Assembly (NCBI GenBank): GCA_965208025.1
Contig: OZ242302.1
Coordinates: 176,696 to 240,695 of the forward strand
Direction: 5' to 3'
Source of the DNA: Rhodothermales bacterium
GTDB taxonomy: Bacteria > Bacteroidota > Rhodothermia > Rhodothermales > Bin80
Length of the DNA: 64,000 bases
Shown: positions 21,518 through 30,913 of the stretch, one piece after another
Position numbering within the stretch: the first letter of the stretch is position 1
Layout: every line of letters starts with the position of its first letter
Notes under the pieces: generated by a model
The model's database searches: none
Told to the model about the DNA's origin: nothing
What the model saw: only the letters and a program-made list of their open reading frames with translations
Program-made: the position numbers and the translations under genes

Positions 21518-22525
21518 ATGTACACGATCACCTTAGTGCCCGGCGATGGAATTGGTCCAGAAGTAACTGAGTCGGCTTGTAAGGTAATTGCTGCTACTGG
21601 CGTACATGTTTGCTGGGAACGTTTTGAGGTAGTAGGGCAAGCTGCGCTTGATCAATTTGGAGATCCTCTGCCCAGTGACCTGCTTAATTCAATCCAGAGC
21701 AATCGAGTTGCATTGAAAGGGCCCGTCACTACACCCATTGGGGAAGGGTTTCGTAGTGTAAATGTATCTCTACGTCAGAAATTAGATTTATTTGTAAATC
21801 TCCGACCATGTAAACGGTTGCCAGGGATTCAAACCCCGTTTTCGGATGTTGATCTGGTAATATTTCGGGAAAATACCGAGGGGTTATATTCTGGAATTGA
21901 AAGCTACGACGAACGTCTGGAAATTGCAGATTCTATTGCACGAATTACGCGGAAGGGATCACAACGAATTCTGCGTTACGCATTTGAATGGGTCACTGAT
22001 CATCAACGAAAGCGATTAACCGCCGTGCACAAGGCGAATGTCCTCAAGCTGTCCACCGGCCTTTTCCTCAAGGAAGCGCGTTTGATCTCAAAAGAATTCC
22101 CTGATGTATTGTTTGACCAGTTCATTGTTGACAATATGGCAATGCAATTGGTTCTTCGCCCCCAGGTGTTTGATTGTATTGTAACGACGAATCTCTTCGG
22201 AGATATATTGAGTGATTTATGTGCGGGGCTCGTTGGAGGTCTCGGGTTAGTTCCAGGGGCAAATATTGGTGATGATGTGGCAGTTTTTGAGGCGGTTCAC
22301 GGAAGTGCACCTGATATTGCGGGGCAATCCAAAGCCAACCCTACCGCGCTCATCCGAACTTCTGCTCTTCTTTTACAACACATGGGCGAGAGGGAAGCTG
22401 CCCGACGGATTGAAGATGCAGTGAGTCATATCTATGAAGAAGGTAGCATTCTGACCCCAGATGTAGGCGGAAGCGCATCTACTGAATCCATGACGGACCG
22501 AATTATCGAGCTACTTTCCGATTAA
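21518..22525 (+). CDS. Isocitrate/isopropylmalate dehydrogenase family (NAD-IDH-like)
   Basis: PGDGIGPEV, SVNVSLR, FRENTEG, HKANV, NLFGDILSD and FEAVHGSAPDIAG. Confidence 0.9.
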   Translation: MYTITLVPGDGIGPEVTESACKVIAATGVHVCWERFEVVGQAALDQFGDPLPSDLLNSIQSNRVALKGPVTTPIGEGFRSVNVSLRQKLDLFVNLRPCKRLPGIQTPFSDVDLVIFRENTEGLYSGIESYDERLEIADSIARITRKGSQRILRYAFEWVTDHQRKRLTAVHKANVLKLSTGLFLKEARLISKEFPDVLFDQFIVDNMAMQLVLRPQVFDCIVTTNLFGDILSDLCAGLVGGLGLVPGANIGDDVAVFEAVHGSAPDIAGQSKANPTALIRTSALLLQHMGEREAARRIEDAVSHIYEEGSILTPDVGGSASTESMTDRIIELLSD

Positions 22526-22548
22526 TTTTCAATCATTTTTGCTACTCA

Positions 22549-22956
22549 ATGGGCTATCTCCACTCACTCTTCATAGTATTGTCCGGGGCAGCTTTTTCTA
22601 TCCTGCTCTTTTCCACATTCTCATTCTTGGGAGGAGCAGGCCAGCTTATAAAGACTTGTATGGTTGTGATCGGGCCAGTCCTATGGAGTTCTCTCTTGCT
22701 AAATCGCCATCCGAACCTACAGATCCGTGCTCTCACGATCTCTCGGATCATCGTGATTGTACTGTTAAGTCTCTACTATTACTTCCATTGGAAGGCAGGT
22801 ATATTTTCGCAAGAATCTCAAACAAATCGTTGGGCGCTTGACTTCCTATTGATTGTATTTTCACCGATCCTGGGATATATTTTTCTCTCCCTGTCCGTAC
22901 GAGTATTAGCTCGAAAACTGAGCGTGTTGCGTAATGTTGATCGTTTGCGTGATTAA
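22549..22956 (+). CDS. Hypothetical 4-TM membrane protein
   Basis: 135-aa ORF with four hydrophobic stretches and AT-rich sequence, directly upstream of the RM array. Confidence 0.55.
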   Translation: MGYLHSLFIVLSGAAFSILLFSTFSFLGGAGQLIKTCMVVIGPVLWSSLLLNRHPNLQIRALTISRIIVIVLLSLYYYFHWKAGIFSQESQTNRWALDFLLIVFSPILGYIFLSLSVRVLARKLSVLRNVDRLRD

Positions 22957-23070
22957 TTCCAGCCTATCGGAAGTGATTATTCAAGTCAATGTACGGATCA
23001 TCATTGTTGCAGGATAATTTACGGATATCAACTTACGCGGAGAATTTAGCGTAATCTAAATGCGATTTGG

Positions 23071-26052
23071 ATGCCAGTTGGACGAACTACAGAGGAATCC
23101 TTCAACGGCGCACTTGGCCGCTCTTTGCGTCGCGCGCGTGCGATTTGGTCTGAAAGGCCGGAGTGTGTGAAGGTAGAGGAGACGAATCTTTTGCATGCCC
23201 ATCCAGGTCTCAAGCCTGACCTGCTGATTCATGATGGTGTCGTCCCGCCCGTGATTCTTGAATGTTCATTTGATGCGCGGGATGCCGATCAAGATGCAAT
23301 CCAGCGACTTGGGTTAGAGATTCGTCAAGGACGCTATCGGATCGGGACGACGGTGGCACTACGGATTCCGTCAAGCTTTCGCGAGGTGCCGGGATTCAAG
23401 ATTCAGGATGCATTATTGCAAGGGGCATCGCTTTCGTACGCGGTGCACCAATTGACAGAGCGTCAGGGGCAGACTTCGGTTGGAGAAGTATTTCGTCGAC
23501 GCTGGCCCCAACAGGGCTTTATGGAGGGTACGGTCTTTGATCTTGCCGCCCTACTGCCCTCCATTGGAGTACCGCAGGAAACGTTGGAGGAGATTGGGGA
23601 TCGGATTGCGGTTCTGGTCAAGGAAGCCTCCAGCGGCCTGGAACTCGCCTTATCCACCAAGGAGCAGCAGGAGGTCGCTCGCCATTTGCATCAGCGTTCG
23701 CCGCTCAAGGGATTACGTACCATGATGGTCCTGTGGCTGAACGCACTGCTCACGCAGCAACGTCTGGCGATGCAGGGGGCCAACGAAGTGTCGCACATCG
23801 ATCTGTTGCGAGATTCCCTTCCTGATTTGCGTGTTCAGATTGAGTCATGGCGCGCCATTAATCGTCGGAACTGGAATTCGGTCTTTGAACCAGCGATCCA
23901 GATGCTTCAATTGTCTGCCAAATTTAATCCTCTGGAGACCGCACGGATGCTCTTCAAACTGATTGGTGCGGTTGGGCAAATTGAGACCGCGCAGTTAGGA
24001 TTGCACATTAGCGTGGGGGCGGAGTTGTTTCCCAAACTGAGTGAGGACCGCAAAGAGGCGGCAGCGTTTTATACGCAACCTGCCACGGCAGAGCTTCTGT
24101 CAAGTCTGACGATTGATCCATCGCGTCTCACAGCCGATGAATGGCGGGATTCGGATCTATTCCATACGCGCCGATTGAGTGATTTAGCCTGTGGAACGGG
24201 CACGCTTCTTCGGGCAGGCTATCTGCGAATCATCCAGCTTCATGAACAAGCGGGGGGGAGTCAGGAAAGCCTTCGTCGTCTTCATGCGTCGGCGATGGAA
24301 GGGGGCTTGATTGGCACGGACATCAGTCCCATAGCGGCCCATCTGACGACCTCATCACTGGCAGCATTGGGGTATGGGGATCCCTATGGAGATACACAGA
24401 TCGGGTGGGTTAATGTAGGTGGGGGAAAGGGACAGACGGGTGCGCTGGAATACTTTGCCACGCCGAAGGTGGTGGATTTATTCAATGTTGGGGGTGGCAC
24501 CTCTCGTGGGAATGGTGATCAGGAAGAGAATTCTGTTGAGGTATTGGATGGATCCATTGACTGGATTCTGATGAATCCTCCTTATTCAAGAACACGAGGT
24601 GGACAGCGTGTATTTGATGTGGCAGGTCTTTCATCGTCGGAGCGAAGAGATTGTCAGCGCCGGTGGAAGATGCTGGTCAAGTCGGAGCCGGTGAATAATC
24701 AGGCGGGATTGGCGGCATCCTTTTTGGCTTTGGCACGTCGCAAGTGTAAGCCGGGCGGACGGATCGGATTTGTTCTCCCCCTCTCGGCGGCATTTGCCGA
24801 ATCCTGGGCAATCACGCGTCAGATGATAGAGCAAGAGTTTGAAGATGTGTTGGTGATCGGGATCGCGAGTGGGCAGGCGCTCGGGAAGCGTGCACTTTCT
24901 GCCGACACTGGGATGGAAGAGATGTTGTTTGTAGCCACAAAGCGAATGAACCACAATGGAGGGGAACCCAACAGGGAGGCGAGTTCACCTCCGATCCATT
25001 GCATCACTCTTCGAGAGCCTGTGCGACGTGTTGGCGAAGCAGGCGAAGTCGCTCGTGCGATTCAAAGTGTGATTCATCGAACCAAGGCATCAGGCAGCAA
25101 GAGTTCGCCTGTTCATGTTGGAGAGGATGAGATTGGACAGTTATGTGTGCAGCGGATCAGGAAGTCTGGTGATCCGTGGAGTTCACTGGGGGTATTGCAC
25201 GCGGATCTGGCACTGACGGCCCATGCACTGTTGGAAGGGAGCCTACAATTTAATGGGGAGGAAGTATCCGTGGGTGTAGAGATGTGCATGATTCAAGATC
25301 TGTTTGATTTGGGACCAACTCATGATCTGATTGGCCATCTTCCAGGGAAAGATCGTAGAGGGGCATTTGAATTGAGCCCAGTGTATGACGAAGTGGATGC
25401 AATTGGGCAGGACCGTGCACTTTGGAGAGCGGATGCAGGTACACAGAGGCAGTTGATCATTCCGCTCACACATAAGGGGATCACACCGGCAGGGGGCGGA
25501 TCAGAGGAAAAGCGGAAGCAGATGCGACAGTTCCGCAGCACATTGTTCTACGCTCGCAACATGCGTTGGACCTCGCAGGCATTGCTGGCCGCAACCACAT
25601 CGCATCGTGGGATGGGAGGTCGGGCTTGGACATCACTCCAACACAAAGATGAGCGGGTGTATAAAGCTTTTGCCCTATGGGCAAATTCCACGCTTGGCTT
25701 TCTGGTTCATTGGACACAGGGACAGAGAACCCAAAGTGGACGGGCTACCACGCAAATCAAGGCATTGGCCAAGATTCCCTGCCCACGGCTAGATCAAATC
25801 CCAGAGACTCGTCTGGAACGAGTGGTGAAGAGATTTGCTGAGTTAGCCAAGGAAGAGTTACTGCCAGCCTGCCAAGCACATGCAGACGAGGTACGAAAGG
25901 AGATTGATGATGCAGTCCTTGAAATGCTTGCACTTAACCAGAATGAAATCCCTAAAATGATCAGTACACTACGGTGGCTCTGGTGCAATGAACCATCTGT
26001 ACATGGACAAAATCAAAAAGCAAAAAAATTGTTGAAAGAGAGGGGCAGCTAA
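23071..26052 (+). CDS. Type IIG-like fused restriction-modification enzyme, copy 1
   Basis: N-terminal PD...E motif (KPDLLI...ILECSF), FYTQP, SAM-binding DLACGTG (24181), catalytic NPPY (24574), GRIGFVLP and a C-terminal TRD-like region. Confidence 0.82.
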   Translation: MPVGRTTEESFNGALGRSLRRARAIWSERPECVKVEETNLLHAHPGLKPDLLIHDGVVPPVILECSFDARDADQDAIQRLGLEIRQGRYRIGTTVALRIPSSFREVPGFKIQDALLQGASLSYAVHQLTERQGQTSVGEVFRRRWPQQGFMEGTVFDLAALLPSIGVPQETLEEIGDRIAVLVKEASSGLELALSTKEQQEVARHLHQRSPLKGLRTMMVLWLNALLTQQRLAMQGANEVSHIDLLRDSLPDLRVQIESWRAINRRNWNSVFEPAIQMLQLSAKFNPLETARMLFKLIGAVGQIETAQLGLHISVGAELFPKLSEDRKEAAAFYTQPATAELLSSLTIDPSRLTADEWRDSDLFHTRRLSDLACGTGTLLRAGYLRIIQLHEQAGGSQESLRRLHASAMEGGLIGTDISPIAAHLTTSSLAALGYGDPYGDTQIGWVNVGGGKGQTGALEYFATPKVVDLFNVGGGTSRGNGDQEENSVEVLDGSIDWILMNPPYSRTRGGQRVFDVAGLSSSERRDCQRRWKMLVKSEPVNNQAGLAASFLALARRKCKPGGRIGFVLPLSAAFAESWAITRQMIEQEFEDVLVIGIASGQALGKRALSADTGMEEMLFVATKRMNHNGGEPNREASSPPIHCITLREPVRRVGEAGEVARAIQSVIHRTKASGSKSSPVHVGEDEIGQLCVQRIRKSGDPWSSLGVLHADLALTAHALLEGSLQFNGEEVSVGVEMCMIQDLFDLGPTHDLIGHLPGKDRRGAFELSPVYDEVDAIGQDRALWRADAGTQRQLIIPLTHKGITPAGGGSEEKRKQMRQFRSTLFYARNMRWTSQALLAATTSHRGMGGRAWTSLQHKDERVYKAFALWANSTLGFLVHWTQGQRTQSGRATTQIKALAKIPCPRLDQIPETRLERVVKRFAELAKEELLPACQAHADEVRKEIDDAVLEMLALNQNEIPKMISTLRWLWCNEPSVHGQNQKAKKLLKERGS

Positions 26053-26412
26053 CTCTCTGGATTTAACTTTTGGTTGATTACGTGTTGATAGAGGCAAGTC
26101 ATCCACAATGATTAGAATCTCAGTTCTGAAGTTTAGATATTATCCTCATCTACTATGGTAATTTTATTTCCAGAATTTTGCCGTTAATTTATGCTGTTTT
26201 AGGGTTTGATGATGATCATAAGGGGTATTTCAGACTCCATCAATATATTTCAGAACTCACTGAGACTTATTTAATTCAAAATATACGGGGCGCGGACCAC
26301 TTGCAAGATCATCCACATTCTACATGAATTCTGGTACAACCACACGATACGTGATTAAATTGTCCAAGGCATAGGCACTTATATTCATCATGAATTTTTC
26401 CAGATCTTTTTG

Positions 26413-29394
26413 ATGCCAGTTGGACGAACTACAGAGGAATCCTTCAACGGCGCACTTGGCCGCTCTTTGCGTCGCGCGCGTGCGATTTGGTCTGAAAGGC
26501 CGGAGTGTGTGAAGGTAGAGGAGACGAATCTTTTGCATGCCCATCCAGGTCTCAAGCCTGACCTGCTGATTCATGATGGTGTCGTCCCGCCCGTGATTCT
26601 TGAATGTTCATTTGATGCGCGGGATGCCGATCAAGATGCAATCCAGCGACTTGGGTTAGAGATTCGTCAAGGACGCTATCGGATCGGGACGACGGTGGCA
26701 CTACGGATTCCGTCAAGCTTTCGTGAGGTGCCGGGATTCAAGATTGAGGATGCATTATTGCAAGGGGCATCGCTTTCGTACGCGGTGCACCAATTGACAG
26801 AGCGTCAGGGGCAGACTTCGGTTGGAGAAGTATTTCGTCGACGCTGGCCCCAACAGGGCTTTATGGAGGGTACGGTCTTTGATCTTGCCGCCCTACTGCC
26901 CTCCATTGGAGTACCGCAGGAAACGTTGGAGGAGATTGGGGATCGGATTGCGGTTCTGGTCAAGGAAGCCTCCAGCGGCCTGGAACTCGCCTTATCCACC
27001 AAGGAGCAGCAGGAGGTCGCTCGCCATTTGCATCAGCGTTCGCCGCTCAAGGGATTACGTACCATGATGGTCCTGTGGCTGAACGCACTGCTCACGCAGC
27101 AACGTCTGGCGATGCAGGGGGCCAACGAAGTGTCGCACATCGATCTGTTGCGAGATTCCCTTCCTGATTTGCGTGTTCAGATTGAGTCATGGCGCGCCAT
27201 TAATCGTCGGAACTGGAATTCGGTCTTTGAACCAGCGATCCAGATGCTTCAATTGTCTGCCAAATTTAATCCTCTGGAGACCGCACGGATGCTCTTCAAA
27301 CTGATTGGTGCGGTTGGGCAAATTGAGACCGCGCAGTTAGGATTGCACATTAGCGTGGGGGCGGAGTTGTTTCCCAAACTGAGTGAGGACCGCAAAGAGG
27401 CGGCAGCGTTTTATACGCAACCTGCCACGGCAGAGCTTCTGTCAAGTCTGACGATTGATCCATCGCGTCTCACAGCCGATGAATGGCGGGATTCGGATCT
27501 ATTCCATACGCGCCGATTGAGTGATTTAGCCTGTGGAACGGGCACGCTTCTTCGGGCAGGCTATCTGCGAATCATCCAGCTTCATGAACAAGCGGGGGGG
27601 AGTCAGGAAAGCCTTCGTCGTCTTCATGCGTCGGCGATGGAAGGGGGCTTGATTGGCACGGACATCAGTCCCATAGCGGCCCATCTGACGACCTCATCAC
27701 TGGCAGCATTGGGGTATGGGGATCCCTATGGAGATACACAGATCGGGTGGGTTAATGTAGGTGGGGGAAAGGGACAGACGGGTGCGCTGGAATACTTTGC
27801 CACGCCGAAGGTGGTGGATTTATTCAATGTTGGGGGTGGCACCTCTCGTGGGAATGGTGATCAGGAAGAGAATTCTGTTGAGGTATTGGATGGATCCATT
27901 GACTGGATTCTGATGAATCCTCCTTATTCAAGAACACGAGGTGGACAGCGTGTATTTGATGTGGCAGGTCTTTCATCGTCGGAGCGAAGAGATTGTCAGC
28001 GCCGGTGGAAGATGCTGGTCAAGTCGGAGCCGGTGAATAATCAGGCGGGATTGGCGGCATCCTTTTTGGCTTTGGCACGTCGCAAGTGTAAGCCGGGCGG
28101 ACGGATCGGATTTGTTCTCCCCCTCTCGGCGGCATTTGCCGAATCCTGGGCAATCACGCGTCAGATGATAGAGCAAGAGTTTGAAGATGTGTTGGTGATC
28201 GGGATCGCGAGTGGGCAGGCGCTCGGGAAGCGTGCACTTTCTGCCGACACTGGGATGGAAGAGATGTTGTTTGTAGCCACAAAGCGAATGAACCACAATG
28301 GAGGGGAACCCAACAGGGAGGCGAGTTCACCTCCGATCCATTGCATCACTCTTCGAGAGCCTGTGCGACGTGTTGGCGAAGCAGGCGAAGTCGCTCGTGC
28401 GATTCAAAGTGTGATTCATCGAACCAAGGCATCAGGCAGCAAGAGTTCGCCTGTTCATGTTGGAGAGGATGAGATTGGACAGTTATGTGTGCAGCGGATC
28501 AGGAAGTCTGGTGATCCGTGGAGTTCACTGGGGGTATTGCACGCGGATCTGGCACTGACGGCCCATGCACTGTTGGAAGGGAGCCTACAATTTAATGGGG
28601 AGGAAGTATCCGTGGGTGTAGAGATGTGCATGATTCAAGATCTGTTTGATTTGGGACCAACTCATGATCTGATTGGCCATCTTCCAGGGAAAGATCGTAG
28701 AGGGGCATTTGAATTGAGCCCAGTGTATGACGAAGTGGATGCAATTGGGCAGGACCGTGCACTTTGGAGAGCGGATGCAGGTACACAGAGGCAGTTGATC
28801 ATTCCGCTCACACATAAGGGGATCACACCGGCAGGGGGCGGATCAGAGGAAAAGCGGAAGCAGATGCGACAGTTCCGCAGCACATTGTTCTACGCTCGCA
28901 ACATGCGTTGGACCTCGCAGGCATTGCTGGCCGCAACCACATCTCACCGTGGGATGGGAGGTCCCACCTGGACGGCTCTGGTTCACAATGATTCTCGTGT
29001 ATGTGTGGCTTTTGCCCTGTGGGCAAATTCTACGCTTGGCTTCCTGATTCACTGGACACAGGGACAGAGAACACATAGCGGACGCGCACGGACACAAATC
29101 AAGGCATTGGCCAAGATTCCCTGTCCACGGCTTGATCAAATCCCAGAGACTCGTTTGGAACGAGCGGTGAAGAGATTTGCTGAGTTAGCCAAGGAAGAGT
29201 TACTGCCAGCCTGCCAAGCACATGCAGACGAGGTACGAAAGGAGATTGATGATGCAGTCCTTGAAATGCTTGCACTTAACCAGAATGAAATCCCTAAAAT
29301 GATCAGTACACTACGGTGGCTCTGGTGCAATGAACCATCTGTACATGGACAAAATCAAAAAGCAAAAAAATTGTTGAAAGAGAGGGGCAGCTAA
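26413..29394 (+). CDS. Type IIG-like fused restriction-modification enzyme, copy 2 (mosaic)
   Basis: Collinear with copy 1 at offset 3342, with the same motifs. Segment 28944-29165 matches copy 3. Confidence 0.82.
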   Translation: MPVGRTTEESFNGALGRSLRRARAIWSERPECVKVEETNLLHAHPGLKPDLLIHDGVVPPVILECSFDARDADQDAIQRLGLEIRQGRYRIGTTVALRIPSSFREVPGFKIEDALLQGASLSYAVHQLTERQGQTSVGEVFRRRWPQQGFMEGTVFDLAALLPSIGVPQETLEEIGDRIAVLVKEASSGLELALSTKEQQEVARHLHQRSPLKGLRTMMVLWLNALLTQQRLAMQGANEVSHIDLLRDSLPDLRVQIESWRAINRRNWNSVFEPAIQMLQLSAKFNPLETARMLFKLIGAVGQIETAQLGLHISVGAELFPKLSEDRKEAAAFYTQPATAELLSSLTIDPSRLTADEWRDSDLFHTRRLSDLACGTGTLLRAGYLRIIQLHEQAGGSQESLRRLHASAMEGGLIGTDISPIAAHLTTSSLAALGYGDPYGDTQIGWVNVGGGKGQTGALEYFATPKVVDLFNVGGGTSRGNGDQEENSVEVLDGSIDWILMNPPYSRTRGGQRVFDVAGLSSSERRDCQRRWKMLVKSEPVNNQAGLAASFLALARRKCKPGGRIGFVLPLSAAFAESWAITRQMIEQEFEDVLVIGIASGQALGKRALSADTGMEEMLFVATKRMNHNGGEPNREASSPPIHCITLREPVRRVGEAGEVARAIQSVIHRTKASGSKSSPVHVGEDEIGQLCVQRIRKSGDPWSSLGVLHADLALTAHALLEGSLQFNGEEVSVGVEMCMIQDLFDLGPTHDLIGHLPGKDRRGAFELSPVYDEVDAIGQDRALWRADAGTQRQLIIPLTHKGITPAGGGSEEKRKQMRQFRSTLFYARNMRWTSQALLAATTSHRGMGGPTWTALVHNDSRVCVAFALWANSTLGFLIHWTQGQRTHSGRARTQIKALAKIPCPRLDQIPETRLERAVKRFAELAKEELLPACQAHADEVRKEIDDAVLEMLALNQNEIPKMISTLRWLWCNEPSVHGQNQKAKKLLKERGS

Positions 29395-29497
29395 CTCTCT
29401 GGATTTAACTTTTGGTTGATTACGTGTTGATAGAGGCAAGTCATCCACAATGATTAGAATCTCAGTTCTGAAGTTTGGATATTATCCTCATCTACTA

Positions 29498-30655
29498 TTG
29501 TAGTGTTTCATTAGTTCTTTTACATTAGACTTTGATAGATTCCAGAATCTGATCAGCAGATTTTGTCCAAATGAAAGGCTTGGGATCCTCATTGTAAACT
29601 TTCAGATACTGTTTGATCGCATCTTCCAGTTCTTTTGTGCTACGATGCGTTCCTCGCCGAATTTGGTCATTGGTAATCTTGGTAAACCAGCGTTCCACAA
29701 GATTCAGCCAAGAAGAACTGGTCGGCGTGAAATGAAGATGGAACCGCGGACGGCGAAGTAGCCAGTTATGAATCAGCGCTGTTTTGTGAGTGCTGTAATT
29801 GTCTAATACAATATGAACCTCCATCTCCTCAGGAACCGATCGGTCAATGACACGCAGGAATTTGAGAAATTCCATCAAGCGATGTCGCCGATAACACCGT
29901 CCAGTTACCTCTCCAATAGCTACATTCAGCGCCGCAAACAGAGAGGTAGCCCCATTCTGTTTGTAATCGTGAGTGCGCCGTTCGGGTAACTCTGGACGAA
30001 AGGGTAAGATCGGTTCGGTTCGATCTAAAGCCTGAATCTGGGATTTTTCATCTACGCACAGCACCACAGCACGCTCGGGGGGAGATAGATAGAGTCCTAC
30101 AATGTCCCGTACCTTTTCAATGAACAGGGGATCCTTGGACAGCTTAAAGGTCTCTACACGGTGGGGCTTGAGACCAAACGCACGCCAGATTCGGCTGACG
30201 GTGCTTAGACTCATGCCAGTAGCCGCTGCCATCTTGCGTGTGCTCCAGTGGGTTGCATCCCGGGGAGTAGACTCCAAGGTCTTCGTGATGACCCGTTCTA
30301 CATCTTCATCCAACACGGTTCGGGGTTTGCCAGGTCGAGGCCGATCAAGTAACCCGTCAGAGCGCAATTCTAAAAAACGTCTCCGCCATTTTCCAACCGT
30401 TACTCGGGAGGTCCCCAAGATCTCGGCGATTGTCTGATCACTATGCCCCTCTGCTGCCTTCAAAATGATCCGACTACGCAATGCAAGTGCCTGTGCCGTG
30501 GTTGGTCGACGTACCCAACGGTTTAATTCAGCCCGTTCAGCATCACTCAGTACGGGAGTTTTACGAGTATAATGATTTGCCATGGGTTTCAATTAAGTTC
30601 GAACCCAAGATACGAAAAACTGATTTACTGACAATGATATAAAGACACACTACAT
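29498..30655 (-). mobile_element. IS630-family insertion sequence (1158 bp)
   Basis: Imperfect terminal IRs (TGTAGTGTTTCATTAG.../...ATAAAGACACACTACA). TA is duplicated at 29496-29497 and 30656-30657, and the empty site CATCTAC-TA-TGGTAATT is at 26154-26155. Confidence 0.95.
29525..30583 (-). CDS. IS630-family DDE transposase (possibly 10 codons short)
   Basis: HTH N-terminus, HWSTRKMA, VDEKSQIQAL, LDNYSTHK, SWLNLVERWF and PKPFIWTK. Confidence 0.93.
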   Translation of the reverse strand: MANHYTRKTPVLSDAERAELNRWVRRPTTAQALALRSRIILKAAEGHSDQTIAEILGTSRVTVGKWRRRFLELRSDGLLDRPRPGKPRTVLDEDVERVITKTLESTPRDATHWSTRKMAAATGMSLSTVSRIWRAFGLKPHRVETFKLSKDPLFIEKVRDIVGLYLSPPERAVVLCVDEKSQIQALDRTEPILPFRPELPERRTHDYKQNGATSLFAALNVAIGEVTGRCYRRHRLMEFLKFLRVIDRSVPEEMEVHIVLDNYSTHKTALIHNWLLRRPRFHLHFTPTSSSWLNLVERWFTKITNDQIRRGTHRSTKELEDAIKQYLKVYNEDPKPFIWTKSADQILESIKV

Positions 30656-30913
30656 TATGGTAATTTTATTTCCAGAATTTTGCCGTTAATTCATGCTGTT
30701 TTAGGGTTTGATGATGATCATAAGGGGTATTTCAGACTCTATCAATATATTTGAGAACTCACTGAGACTTATTTAATTCAAAATATACGGGGCGCGGACC
30801 ACTTGCAAGATCATCCCATTCTACATGAATTCTGGTACAACCACACGATACGTGATTAAATTGTCCAAGGCACAGACCCTTATATTCATTATGAATTTTT
30901 CCAGAACTTTTTG

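Noticed and set aside
24252-24258. G7 tract in all three RM genes as a phase-variation switch
   Set aside because: It is short, in frame and the same length in all copies. A similar G-run occurs in the housekeeping NfeD gene near 2195.
25270-25830. Diversity-generating retroelement explanation for the variable 3' ends
   Set aside because: There is no reverse transcriptase in the window, the differences are not adenine-restricted, and they include many synonymous changes in blocks.
23071-29394. Copies 1 and 2 as a pure assembly duplication
   Set aside because: They differ by private SNPs, a ~0.23-kb patch, different upstream sequence and an IS in only one spacer. A strain-mix chimera still needs long reads to exclude.
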